Shown: positions 39,012 to 51,950 of the stretch, in pieces
Position numbering within the stretch: position 1 is the first letter of the stretch
Layout: every line of letters begins with the position of its first letter
Source of the DNA: Girardia tigrina
Lineage: Eukaryota
DNA length: 64,000 nt
Assembly: GCA_001938485.1 (NCBI GenBank)
Contig: MQRK01183933.1
Coordinates: 23,681 to 87,680 of the forward strand
Reading direction: 5' to 3'
The notes under the pieces: model-generated
What the model was told of the DNA's origin: nothing
What the model saw: the letters and a program-made list of their open reading frames with translations, nothing else
The model's database searches: none
Translations under genes and position numbers: made by a program

Positions 39012-39628
39012 GAAATATATTTTTAAATTGTGTTTATTTATTTTCAATAAAAAATTGCCATTTTTTTTCAAATATAATTGTTGTGTATAATTTATTTTGA
39101 AATTAATAATTTTATGTAATTTATTTTTTCAATTTTTATTATTAATTGATGATGATTGATTTGGATGGAAATATTTACAAAGATTGTTATTTTTTGATAA
39201 TTATTTTATCATTGTAATTAATTTTGTGATATACGTAAAAAAACATTGAACATACAAATAAATGCATCTTTCAGCATATATAAAAAGTTATTAGCTCATC
39301 AAAATCATTTAATTTGTTGAATGTACCTCAATATAACCATAAAGATTTGGCAGCTAAAATTTGAGTATTCGTACTCGATATTTTTACAACGCATTTGTGA
39401 TTTGTTTGATACCTTCACTAAGAAATTTTCTACAAAATTTGATTTGTGTTTTTACGACGATAGATAAAGCTTTTCATTTTAATAATTCAGAATACGTTAA
39501 TTTCGAATACGTTTTTATTTTTCAGCAACAATCCTAAAAAATTGAATTACTGCTCCAACAAATTCTCGAACAATAATAATGTTAGTAATAAACATTTTAA
39601 TTAAAAAAAAATAAAAAAATTATTACTA

Positions 39629-40345
39629 TTAGGTTGGAAAGAACGTTTTGTCAGTAAATTAAAATTTTATTAAAATCAAATTTTTAAAATAACAAGGAGT
39701 TATTTTGATTTATGTATTTTTCCTTTCCAAATAGACTGCTCAAGAAAATTGCGCGGGAGTAAAATTCTGTAGTTTTCAGGTCAAAAACTTCTCAAGGGCT
39801 TCTTTAACCTGTTCATCCTCAATAAAGCGGCGTCGGTGAAGCAAATGTTTCAGTGAGGGGAAAAGAAGAAAATGGAATGGAGAAATGTTTTGGCTAAATG
39901 GTGATTGCTTCTGGACACCCTACCAAAATTTTTAAATTTCTAGTGTATCCAACTTGAAACATGAGATCTGGTGTTGTCTTGTTGAAAATAAACACGAGTC
40001 TTGTTCCTACCATTAATAGACAAAGCGGGCATGAACAGGGCATAATTGAATGCAGTAAAATTCATATTTAATGTTTTGACCTTGCGAAAAGAGTTCCTAG
40101 TGAACAAGTTCAGATGCTATCTGTAAAACGTGTAACATCACCTTTTTTGATGCTGATTTTTTCAAGGCCTTCGTTTTCCAAGTTGGTTTTTCCCAAGCCA
40201 TTAGTTTTTTTGCGTTTCCTGTAATTGTAGACAACCCACTGTCTATCACACGTCAAAATCTGTTGGAATCCACTGTGTAGTAGCAGAAAACAGTTGTTAA
40301 TTGGCCGATTTCTTTGAATTTTGTTTATTTTTCTTGTTCATTTTT
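39629..40345 (-). mobile_element. old mariner remnant
   Basis: TA+TTAGGTTGG terminus; decayed VIFQQDNTR, SPFHFLLFPSLKHLLHRRRF fragments. Confidence 0.7.
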
Positions 40346-41458
40346 GAAAATTCAGAATAATAATTGTGTGGGAAGTTTTTTTTTCATTTTAATTAATAAA
40401 AAAGTTATTTAAATAGGTATTTTAAAAATTATATCATAAAATCTAGCACAAAAGGTATTAGGCACCATTTATAATGAGAGCAACTCTCTAGTAAAAAAAA
40501 TAATAATACATTAGCTAATGGGGCTGCAGACCTGTTATCTTAATGCTATTGCTGCGCGTTGATATTATAATATTCTGGGAGATTCTAGATAATCATGGAA
40601 TATTAGAAAAATCGACAGTCTGTTGCTCTTGAAACCGGTTCCTAAAAATGACCGAGATCTGAAAAACAACAGCCAAAAGCAAAGAGGATCAAAATCAAAT
40701 CGGATCAATTCAAATCGAATAAAAATCATATCAGATGGAATCTCAAACAGAAAAAAACAACAAAACCAAAAAATGGTGGCCACCATTTATGTTATTTTAA
40801 TACATGTTATTTCTTGTTATTTTTTAATTTTTAAAATTTTATTTTTTAAATATTTTAATATTACCATGGGAATTTTTATTATATAAGATAATATTATTGA
40901 ATTTCTCACTGATTTTTTATTATAGGAATTTATTTATAGAATTTTGTCACACCATGGAAATTTTTTAAAGAAATTATAAATCAGTATTATCCTTTTTTAA
41001 GTCATTTTATTTAAAAAGAAAATAAAAAGAAGATAAAAAGATTTTGATAATTTGAAAAAGCTTGAAAATTTCAAATTTGAATACATAAAACAAAATATTA
41101 AAGCAGAATTGATCAACAATAGGATGTGAGATAATATAAATTTAATACAAAAATATTTAAAGTATAAAAAATTAAATTTTAAGTACAAAGAAATATGTAA
41201 AAAAATCGAAACAAAAATTTATAAATTTTCTCGCATATTGAAGGAGTTGATTATTCCTCTTTGTATAGATATGAAATTTCAATGGGAGTGTGTAAAAAAA
41301 AGAAAGCTGAAGAAACGAAAGTAAAGAAATTTGAAGATTGAGACAACGAGATTTTGTTGAAATCAAAAGTAAAGAAACAAAGAAAAAAATATATATGTAT
41401 AGAAAAGAGAAGAAAAAATTTAAATCTGTTGTTTCTGAAGATAGTGCAGATGATATAA

Positions 41459-41980
41459 TTGAAGAAAAATTTAAAATATAAAAAAAATAAAATGGCAATG
41501 TTTAATAAAAAAATCTGTTTACAAATAGGGAAAAAGGATAGAAAAGCTAAACAAATTGCTAGAGAAAAAGAAAAGAATTATATGAATTTGCCTTTTAAAA
41601 ATCGCTCAGATGTTGGGCAACGAAATGTACCGGATTTAGAAATCGCTCATGCAGGATTAAATTATTTAGTGAATACGACTCAAGTGATAGTAAATGATTT
41701 ATTTTCTGTAAAAGGAGAATTTAAATCAACACAAGAGAAATTATATGTTGCTGAAAAAAATCTAGGGGAAAGTAGTAATAAAAAAGTTCAAGAGAAATAT
41801 TATGAATCATGTAAAGAAATAGATGAGAAAAATAAGAAATTCCAAGAAAATAATAATGAATGGACACCAGAAAAACAAAAATATTTTAGTCAAATTTATA
41901 TAAAATTGAATATGGAAAATATGAATAAAGAATTATCAAGTTTAAATAATTATATTACGGATGAAGAAGAAGAAATTTAA
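41459..41980 (+). CDS. K/E/N-rich hypothetical protein within the Polinton span
   Basis: 173-codon ORF (first ATG ~41491), opposite strand to integrase; no motif recognised. Confidence 0.4.
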   Translation: MKKNLKYKKNKMAMFNKKICLQIGKKDRKAKQIAREKEKNYMNLPFKNRSDVGQRNVPDLEIAHAGLNYLVNTTQVIVNDLFSVKGEFKSTQEKLYVAEKNLGESSNKKVQEKYYESCKEIDEKNKKFQENNNEWTPEKQKYFSQIYIKLNMENMNKELSSLNNYITDEEEEI

Positions 41981-42194
41981 TCAAATCAAAACAAACCAAG
42001 TTAAAACAAGTTAAAAATTTGGATACCGAAAAGCTATACCGAAATATACCTAATTAATTAAGTATATAGCGGAATAGCTTTTCGGTATTGTATATTTGTT
42101 TTAAGAATAAAAATTATTTGATGTTATCATTAAAGAAAATTTTATCAAATTAATAAATTGTATGTTCACTATCATTATCGTTATCAGTATTAGT

Positions 42195-42495
42195 ACTCAT
42201 ATATGGTAGCAAAATCTCTATTCTCTCTATTATTTTCAGTATTATTGTCAAGATTCAATCCATTTGGAAAGCTTACACTCGATTCTCTTGTGGCCCCTTT
42301 TCCACTATTTATCTCCTTTTGTAACTTCTGTTTTTCAAGTTCGATTTTCTCCTTCTCAGCCTGTTTCTTCTGAGCTTCTCACGTACTACTCACAGTCGAG
42401 GAAATTCCACTGGCAACTCCGCTAAGTCCTCCTAAAACTCCAATTATCAATGAGATTAGGGTTGCTAACGGAAGAATTCCACCTGAAATCTCTCA
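42195..42495 (-). pseudogene. Polinton small core-type protein
   Basis: ISGGILPLATLISLIIGVLGGLSGVASGISSTV then charged coiled coil. Confidence 0.6.
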
Positions 42496-42886
42496 ATTCC
42501 ATCTGATTTCTTTACCAGATGATGAGATTTTTTATCATTTTCAAGATTAAAGATAGAATATGATGACGATCCAGTAGTTAGTTGAGAACTCGATTTATCA
42601 AAATTCACATCCATTTTCTTTATACTATTTTTTTATTAAAAAGCATTCTTTTGCACGTCTGGTTCATAGTATCTTCCGAATACCTTATTATTATTTTTAT
42701 CAATTAATTTATATGTTACTGGAGATTCATAATCGAGAACTTTTGAAATTGTCAAAATATCTCTTGTCCATTGAACTTCATATCCTTTCTTAAATGTTTC
42801 TTTTCTTCCCTTCTCATTTTTATTTTCTCCTATTCCCTCTTTTCCAATATTATAAATTTGTTTTTTATTTATTTGTTGTAAAAGTA

Positions 42887-45083
42887 CAGTGTCGCTCAAA
42901 TTAATCCGTCATTACATTTTTTTATCATATTATTTAAATTTGTACCAAATTTTCCAAACCAACCATTCTTGAAATTTTACATGTAACTAACTTAAAAATT
43001 GAGTCAATTTATCAATAAAAATATCTCATAAAAAATAAAAATTGAAATATTTATGTAAGATTTTCCAGAAAATTGGTCGCTCAATTTAATCCGTCATTAC
43101 ATCATATCAATAAAATTTTGTTTTTTTATTATACATGATACTGATCATTTATAATATTTAATAAGATTCTGCCCTTATGGATACACCACTATCCATCCGT
43201 GAAATAATTATTAAAAAATATCATGAGAAGAAGACACAGATTCAAATTTAATTGGATACTGATATCTATCGATCAACGATATCGGGTATCATAAAAAAGA
43301 TACAAAGAAACCGGTCAAATTGGAGCTCAACGAAATGGAAAATGTGGCAGAAAAAGAAAACTATCTGATCGAATTGACAGGGCACTCGCGAAGCAAGCTT
43401 TGATAAATCCTAAAGCAACCTCAAGGACAATACCAACTGCTGTTGGTTTGAATGCCATGAATATGAGTCTTAATACCATCTAACGATCATTAATAAGAAG
43501 TGGTTTATCTTCATATCGATCTCTAATATGACCTTCACTGTCTAAGCGCCAAAACGATGTACGATATAAATGGTGTAAATTGTACGAAAAATGGGATGCT
43601 TTTTCTTTGGAAGAAGGTAGAATAAATAATGGTTATATTGCATAATAATTATTTTCATTTAATTTTAGGTTCTTTTTTCCGATGAATCTGCTTTGGATAT
43701 ATGTACTCCACGAGCACAATATATAAGAAAAAGAAAAGGCCAACTAATTCAGAATGAACACACAAGGCAACATTGACAATTTCTTAAACGAATTATAGTC
43801 TGGGGCTGCTTTTCAAAAGATGGAACAGGAGCCTTAGAAATAGTTGAAGGAACAATGAATTCAGAAAAGTACATAAATATCCTTAAAAAGAACCTGTTAC
43901 CCCTAATGAATGAACGCATATTCATTTGGGATCGATATTTTTCAGCAGGATAATGCTCCGTGTCATAAGTCCAAGTCTTTGACTTCATTTTTAGAAAGCC
44001 AGAACATTGCTGTCTTCAAATGGCCTCTATATAGCCCAGATCTCTCTCCAATAAAGAATTTATTGGCTTTTTTCAAAAGAAAAGTTCACATTGTGCATAT
44101 AAATATCAAAGAACTCATAAATACAATAAAAGATATATGGAGCAAGGATCCGGACATTAAGGCTGCTTTTCATGGTCTCATTGAGGGTATGCCTCGACGA
44201 ATTCAAGCTTGTATTGATGCAAAAGGAGGACCCATAAAATATTAATAACCCTTATTCGGTCTGTCTTTTTCTAATAAAATTTTATTAGGATTTTCATTGT
44301 CTTGGTTTCTTAAACAATAATATATATTATAAAAGCCCAAGTCACTCACTGCTTCACTAACGCTGACGTAATCAAGCGAGATAAAAAAACCCGAGTGTGT
44401 CGGGTAGTATATATATCCGGCACACTATAAATAACCGATACACTGCACACACGACACACACTTTTACGCGCAAATTTTTTTTTTAATCAAAATTACGTTT
44501 CATTAATTTCATTCTTTTATTTTATTGAATTAATTACGTTAATTGCGGCAATTCTGTTATATAACTTTATAAGTTTAATATATGTATTCCAATCAGTTCA
44601 TCTCTCTAATTATGATTGAGTTAGAAATGATTGTATATTAATATATTTATTTATTAATATACAATCATTTCTTTATTGATTATAAAATCATTTCAAAAAT
44701 TTACCTTACAGCATTAGTGAGGCAGTGAGGCAGGCAGTGAGTTACTTGGGCTTTTATAATATAAAAAAATTGAACCCCCGGCAAGAGAGGGCCGCGAAGC
44801 GGGCCGAGCGCGCTAGTGTAATTATAATTTAATAAAATTTTACAGAAATGATAAAATTTTGATGATATGACGTAATGACGGATTAAATTGAGCGGCCAAT
44901 TTTTTTGAAAATCTTACATAAATATTTCAATTTTTATTTTTTATGAGATATTTTTATTGATAAATTGACTCAATTTTTAAGTTAGTTACATGTAAAATTT
45001 CAAGAATGGTTGGTTTGGTAAATTTTGTATAAATTTAAATAATATGAAAAAAATGTACTGACGGATTAATTTGAGTAGCACTG
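42887..45083 (+). mobile_element. Tc1 DD34E element with ~220-bp IR/DR TIRs and intron-containing transposase pseudogene (43177-44245)
   Basis: Long TIRs with AATCCGTCA direct repeats, TA TSD; CGRKRKLS, WKK/VLFSDES, VWGCFS, FQQDNAPCH, WPLYSPDLSPIKN, GGPIKY. Confidence 0.95.
44321..44816 (+). mobile_element. non-autonomous Helitron nested in Tc1
   Basis: Inserted between A and T without TSD; 3' GC hairpin GGCCGCGAAGCGGGCC then CTAG; 5' TATATATTATAAAAG with CACT repeats. Confidence 0.75.
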
Positions 45084-45879
45084 TATTTCTGCTTAAAGAT
45101 TTGTACTCGATCACCTATTTTGAATTTTGGATTTACTTTATTAAGATGCTTAGTCTTTTTAGGAATTTTTCCATTAAACATTATATTGTGGGGTGTCTCA
45201 TTAATCATTCTATGAACTTTGTTATTATATTCGAGTTCTTCTTGTGTAAGATCTTGATTATTTTTTTCTGTGAATAAGCGATAGATTTTGACTTGATTGT
45301 CCTATTTAATCTTTCAATAAAAACATGTTTCTCTTTCGCATTTTAATATTTATTTCCTTACAATGGGTTTTGAAAACTTGATAAATTCTTTTCCTTCATC
45401 TGCCCATAAATATTTCAGACTAGCTTTCAATTCTTTGCAAATTTTCACAAATTCTTTCACCCATGAGATTGCTGTTTTATTATTTTAAACATCGAAAAAC
45501 TCCAAAGCTTGAATAAATATCAATCAATGATAAAACTATTTTTTATATGTTTTATTTATTAAAATTGCATTTTCACTTCCTTTTTTCACCGGTAAAAAGA
45601 TTAAATCGGCAGACCAAAATTAGTTCAATTTTTGAACATTTATCTTTAGAAATTCTTTATTTTTTATATGTCTATGATTAAGTTCATTTACTAATTGTTT
45701 TTGATCATCCAATTCACCACCAAACATTATTTTTGCTTTCATTATTGAATTGATTAGAAATCTTTCAAATTTATTTTTCCAACTCAAATCTTTAAGATTA
45801 TTTATATCATGAATAAGATGTACATCTGCAATATGTCTATCACGAATATCTGCTGATTTGTATTTCATTTACATTTACA

Positions 45880-46137
45880 TTAATCAAAAGGAGAACTTTC
45901 TATATTATTGAAATATCTCCTTTTGTCATCCAGAGCTTTTGTGGCTACTTTTTTTATTTTAATCACATTAATTTGATGTTTGTTTGATTTAATTAAGACC
46001 CGTTCTCGAATTATTGTTTCGATCTTATACAATACATTTTTTCGGTCTACGAATGTGACCCCATTTTTTTCTAATTCCTTTAATTCTTTATGAATACTAA
46101 ATTTTATTAATACTAAATCCAGATCCACATAATTCAT
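45880..46137 (-). pseudogene. polB: Polinton protein-primed DNA polymerase B, C-terminal fragment
   Basis: IKSNKHQINVIKIKKVATKALDDKR matches the pPolB terminal motif; adjacent to integrase. Confidence 0.75.
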
Positions 46138-46364
46138 GTTGCCTTATTTTATTATTCTATATTGAGGGTCATTGGGGAATATATTCATTCAAATATTCTC
46201 CTGTTATAATTCTCTTACTATTGGTTACAATTATGTCGCTTAATATTTCCTCTATTTTTATATAATCCACCTTTATTAATATATGAAAAATAAAGGGGAA
46301 TTTTTATTTATTTTATAAATTATTATACACATCCATTATCAGATTAATATCTTCTATATCAATT

Positions 46365-47087
46365 TCTGTTTTTTACCACGTTTTTATTAGCTTGCTTTCT
46401 TGTCTGTTTGTCTGTCTGGAACAAATCTTGTGATTGATTTTTTTGACCACTTTCAGTCATCCAATTGAGCTGAATTTTTTTATACAGGCTTGCTTCTGAT
46501 GGCAATACAATTTGATAAAAAATCTTTTGAAAAAAAATAATTTTTTCTAATTTTTTTTGCAAAAAACCACTTGGGTTTTACAAATTTATACACTGTATTA
46601 AATAGCAATCTTTTCGTTTATTTTCATGAATGAAGTTTTATACAGGCTTGCTTACGATGACAATACAATTTGATAAAAAAATGTTGAAAAAAAATTCCTA
46701 AATGATAACTAAAAATAGTTAAATAATATTATTAATAAAAAAAATTTTTTATAAAAACAACCACGTTTTTCAAGTATTACCAATCCATTAAAAAGAGGAA
46801 AATAATTTTTTTCTAGACATGTGAGAAATTTTATACCTAACCAAAAACGTGGGGCATAGAAATGATCGATTGTTACTAAAAAGCAGTAAAGAGGAAATAG
46901 CAGTNNNNNNNNNNNNNNNNNNNNNNNNNNNNNNNNNNNNNNNNNNNNNNNNNNCGCCCCACGTTTTTGGTTAGGTATAAAATTTCGCACATGTCTAGAA
47001 AAAAAATTATTTTCCTCTTTTTAGTGCATTGGTAATGCTTGAAAAACGTGGTTGCTTTTATAAAAATTTTTTTATTAATAATATTAT
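46365..47087 (+). mobile_element. Helentron/DINE-1-like non-autonomous element with long foldback
   Basis: ACCACGTTTTT / AAAAACGTGGT sub-terminal inverted repeats, (CTGT)n tract, ~130-bp inverted repeat 46722-46855 vs 46954-47087. Confidence 0.5.
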
Positions 47088-47748
47088 TCTTCTTCAAATT
47101 CACATTCCATATTGAATATTTCATATTTTTTATTATGAAATATTTATTATTATTAATTTAATATTATTAATTTTAAATTCGTCGTTATTTTCTTTCTTTA
47201 CATGAGACTTGCTCTTTTTGTGAGAAATTATTGCTTTAATATTTTAAATTAATTTCTCACATATATTACAATAAAGAGGATTATCATTATTATTATCATT
47301 TTTATCATCATTGTTATTATCATCATAATTATTATCCTCATTTATAAAGGGGGAATCTACTACAAAATCTATTTCGGGGATAAAGAACTTGTTATCATTT
47401 TCGTCTTCCAGAAAAGAAGAATCTATAGGAAGATCAATTTCTGGATCTAACGTTGTTATGGTGTTGCTATCTCTATCTTTAAATCAAGATGAGATTTTAG
47501 TTTGAATATTTTTTTATTTTTGATTGAAATCGTTGAGTTGGATTTTGTAAATTTTTATCCAGTCATTTTTTATATACAACTTTTTTTTGCATATTCATTT
47601 TTTAATATTTTAAATATTTTTTTTAATTTTTTTTCGATTTTATTAATTTAAAAATGTATTCAAAATTCATTGATTTTCATCAATTTTATACTATTATTTT
47701 TTCAAATTTCATAATTAATATAATTTTATTTTTTAAAATTTTATAAAA

Positions 47749-47908
47749 TTATAGATCACCACCCAAGAATTATAGATTACTACCCAAGAAAATAGATTCT
47801 TATCAAAATTATCAAAAAATCATCGATTTTGCCCTAATTTTCACTATTTTTATTCAAACTTTTCTTAAAATTATAGATCATTACCCAAGATTATAGATCA
47901 TACCCAAG
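47749..47908. repeat. subterminal tandem repeats of the Polinton end
   Basis: Four copies of ~TTATAGATCA(N)ACCCAAGA. Confidence 0.8.
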
Positions 47909-50002
47909 ATTTTCCCATTATTGGGTTGGGTAGTGGTCTAAGTCCCCGATAAACACTCTACTAACCAGTGTTTTTTATTTTAAAAAATGTTTTCATAAAT
48001 TTTGGATAAAAAATTAATTATTTGGTGAAATTAATTATAAAGCTAAATTAGTTATGTAACCTGCGGAGGAAAATTAATAAGAATGTGCCCATAATTGCAT
48101 TTTATCTTAAATTTATTATATAAATTTTCGAATTCATAAAACCTGTATTAGATTGTAATATAATATCTAATTAATATATGAATTTTGTTAAAAGAAAATG
48201 ATGTGGTTTTGCAAAAGTATAATGGCTACTTTAATCTTTGAAAATATTTTTTATTCACAAGTTTGTAGAAATAATATTTGAAAAAAACAGAGATTCTATG
48301 AGAATATTGCAAGGTGGCAAAAATAAGCAATAGTTTCCTAAAAATTTTGAATCTATCTAAATTAAAGTTGAATATTTAAAATTTATTTTTAAATCAATAA
48401 TTTAACTGCTGGATTCCCTGTATTTACATTTTTATTTTTTTTATTTAAATACTTTAAAACAATTTAAGCATAAATATTTTTGTTTATATTTTAGTTAATT
48501 TAAATAATAATACAATATCCTGACCAATTTGTCAAAGTGTCTCTTTTTTGGCAAATGTCCACTTTTTATTGTTACTATTTCGTTCTTTTATTTTTTACGT
48601 ATCAAATAAATAAATAATAAATGTAAATATAGGGTGGTTACTAATTAAAGGATGGATTTAAAAACAAACTGAAATATATATTCAATTTAAATCTTAGATA
48701 ACATATGTTAGGAATTAAAAATGTTAGGAAAATTTTTGAAAGAAAGTTATATTAAATATGTACAAATTAAAATTTTTATATAATTAAATATGTAACATTC
48801 GAAAAAATAAAATTACTAAAANNNNNNNNNNNNNNNNNNNNNNNNNNNNNNNNNNNNNNNNNNNNNNNNNNNNNNNNNNNNNNNNNNNNNNNNNNNNNNN
48901 NNNNNNNNNNNNNNNNNNNNNNNNNNNNNNNNNNNNNNNNNNNNNNNNNNNNNNNNNNNNNNNNNNNNNNNNNNNNNNNNNNNNNNNNNNNNNNATAAAA
49001 AAAGCAAATATGAATATTTATATGTATTTTTATCTATATCGGTTTAAGATTTATAAAACAAATAGTTTCTCAAAAAAATAAATTTGTTTAAATATTAGAT
49101 TTAAACATTTTTTTGGGATAATAAAAGTTTTAATGTCTGATACTAATAATTCTGACGATTTTCCAAGAACCACTAATAACATAAATTAATAATGAATATA
49201 AAAATTATTGTATATATAAATTGTGTAAAACCATATATATTAGATATTCTTCATTTCCCAGCTCACAGATGCGAGTTTTTTCAGTTAAGTTTTCCATAAA
49301 AGTTTTCAAAATATTCTGTCCGCATTAAAAGAATTTCATTTCAAATATTTTTTTAAAACCTAACTTATTGAATTATTAACAAAAACGAGATTCCTTTGAT
49401 AAACCAGTAAAGAAATCGAATGCCGTTTGGTCCCACGATCGAGAGGGCCATCATCATTCAGTACTTTAGACATTATTCAACCCTCAAAGCATTGCTGTGG
49501 TTGATTGATTGTTTGCCATGCATAAAAGAAATGATCTCAAAAAGCAATAATTTAAGTTTGGAAATCACTTTCTTTTATTTCAATATAATAAAGAAAATAA
49601 ATAAACATTAATCAAACTATATTATTTTAGAAAAGTTACACATAAGGAGTGAAAAAGAAGGTATAGTGGTATCAAAACAAATGGAGATTGGAAGCTGTGT
49701 TCAAAGTTAAATTACTTAATACATTCAAAACTACATTTATTAGTAAATTTGAATCGGTTTTATTGTAATGACTCTGCTAACGTTCGTTTCTTTAGTAAGG
49801 TAGTTGAATTTCGTTAATTATCGGGTTTTCTTGTTTGAATAGCTTCTAGATACTTGTTATCCTTTTGTAACCAGAAAAAGGTAAAGCATGTTAGGTCACA
49901 ACGATTACAATCACAAACTAAAAAGACATCATAAGTAATTTATATAGTTTCTTTTGTTAGAAACAAATATATTTAAAAAATAATATGAAATACTTATACA
50001 AA

Positions 50003-51950
50003 TAATAATATATTTGTACAAAATGTCAATTAGTTAGTTTGTTTATTTGTTTGTTGGTTTGTCGGTCACGTTATGATTAAAATGCAAAGTGGTGGAGGAC
50101 CCGGAGAGAATCAAAGTAAGTACGTGATAAATCTGGTTAGCCCGCAACGAGATGGTCCCGTTCGTGCAGCACCTTTGCCAAATGATTCCGTGAAGCCGAC
50201 AAAATCAACCGAAAACCGTACAGGTCGTTAAATTGTTAAATCAATACGGATTTAAAATTATGACGATTTGAAAAATTCCTACAAGGAATTTCGGAAGCAT
50301 TTTTATGAAAATACTAATAAAATACATTTTCAATTGATAAATGACGATTTATATCACTTATCTACTAATTATAATGCTAAAAATCAATTTAGTATAAATT
50401 TGCGAATTTTCATTATTAATGATAAAATCAACATTTAATTTATATTAGGTTGGTCGACAAATAAGGGCGGTTTTGGGATACAAACTTCAAAGACTTGCAA
50501 ATTCGCAGAAACAAAAGTTTATTAATCAAAGTATGAACCGTTGGCATCAATACATTTTTGCCAACGAGAAACAAGTTGTTTTATTCCATCAGCATAAAAT
50601 GCATCGGTTCTCGAAGCGACGAATTCTTGGAAGGCATTTTGAGCATCATTTTGGTTTTTGAAAATTTTTTAACGTAGAAAGTTGTTCAAATGTCTGAAAA
50701 AGTAGAAGTCCGTTGGAGAGAGGTCTGGTGAATATAGTGGATGAAGCAGGGTTTCATAGCCCAACTCATTAAGCTTTTGAAGAGTCACTTTTGAAATATG
50801 AGGTCCAGCGTTATCAGGAAGAAGGATGAGACTTTTCTCTTGACCAATCCCGGACAAAGGGTTTTCCATTTTTTTATGCATTTCATCAATTTCATGACAG
50901 TACCTCTCCGCTGTGATTGTTTCACCTGGTTTCAAGAAACTATAGTGGATGATTCCAGCATCACACCACCAAACTGTCACTATAACCTTACTGGGGGTTA
51001 GTTTCGGTTTTGGAAAGTCTTTCAGTACTTTATCTTTTTCCAACCACTGTGCAGATCGACGTCAGTTATCATACAGGATTCATTTCTCATCACAAGTAAC
51101 AATACGATCAAGAAATGGATCGCTTTTATTGCGAAGATGATTGGCAGAACAAATTTCATAACGTCGGTTCTTTTGATTTTCATTCAAATCATGTGGAACC
51201 CATTTATCAAGTTTCTTGATTTTTCCAAGTTGTTTTAAATGATCCAGGACTGTTGAATGACTAATGCCCAACCCATCTGCAAGTTCTATAATTGTTGTAC
51301 GGGGATCTTTTTCCACCATTGTCCCTAAATTGTCGTTGTTCACAGCAACTGGACGACCACGACCTTCTTCATCTTCAAGGTTTTCATCTCCATCAGAAAA
51401 TTTTCGGAACCATCGTTGCACTGTGCACTCAAAAGCTGTTCCCTTGCCAAAAGCTTTATTGATATTGCGAGCCGTTTCTGCTGCTTTACGACCCAGTTTA
51501 ATTTCGTAAAAGAAAATTGCTCGAATTTTAATTTTTCCATTATTAATTTAGCACCGTAAATATTCTAAAAAATAACAGCATTATGTTAATAATGGCTATA
51601 GGAATATACAGCTAGGCATAAAATTTCAAATAACATCTAACACTAATGCATTTAAACTTATATACATATCAAAGTAGATAAACAAAGTATAAAGCTCAAA
51701 AACCGCCATTATTTTTCGACCAACCTAATATTAAATTTAATTAAGTTCATTGAGCGTTTTGTAAAATTTATTTTTTTCTATTTCTTTTTTGTCGGGCTGT
51801 CGTGACGGGCAAAAATTTATTAGCTTCTAATGAATATTAAGATTAAAAAATATTTTTAAATTTTCAAATTTTAAAAATTTATGAATAAAAAAGTAACTTT
51901 CAAATATGAAAATTTAGCTTTCCCGTCATACATGACGGGTAATTTTCTAA
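50003..51950 (+). mobile_element. non-autonomous Helitron (family of 13000-13724), split by mariner
   Basis: 50010-50290 aligns with reverse complement of ~13445-13720 (e.g. GTCGTTAAATTGTTA, ACAAGGAATTTC); 3' hairpin CCCGTCATACATGACGGG then CTAA. Confidence 0.7.
50445..51728 (-). mobile_element. mariner element, Hsmar1/cecropia-like, defective
   Basis: TIRs TTAGGTTGGTCGA / TCGACCAACCTAA, TA TSD; GRGRP, WVPHDL, RIVTCDEK, HPLYSPDLSPTDFYFF. Confidence 0.95.

Larger units (their letters stand above)
37240..39050 (-). mobile_element. 5'-truncated Penelope-like element with inverted pseudo-LTR, interrupted by mariner
   Basis: ORF 38552-38782 NIAEHKKK...DFKIL...SCEALLIRSCDLKINVQ is a GIY-YIG C-terminus; 37240-37289 plus 38468-38583 is an inverted copy of 38889-39050. 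Confidence 0.85.
42636..45868 (-). pseudogene. int: Polinton retroviral-like integrase with N-terminal PLA2-like segment, split by Tc1
   Basis: DIRDRHIADVHL, QLVNELNH, WSADL, LWADEGKEF, IERLNRTIK, PKFKIGDRVQI, then across the Tc1 FKKGYEVQWT...PVTYKLID...GRYYEPDVQK. Confidence 0.9.
40490..47962 (-). mobile_element. decayed Maverick/Polinton
   Basis: Colinear pPolB tail, PLA2-integrase and GGILP protein; terminus AGTAGAG on minus at 47962 with subterminal tandem repeats; left boundary uncertain. Confidence 0.8.

Noticed and set aside
47749-47908. CRISPR-like repeats (also 57480-57840 and 27970-28075)
   Set aside because: No regular unique spacers or cas genes; the first two are transposon subterminal repeats
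49400-49560. Possible piggyBac relic (FNPQSIAVVD)
   Set aside because: Single short motif, no TTAA or TIR found
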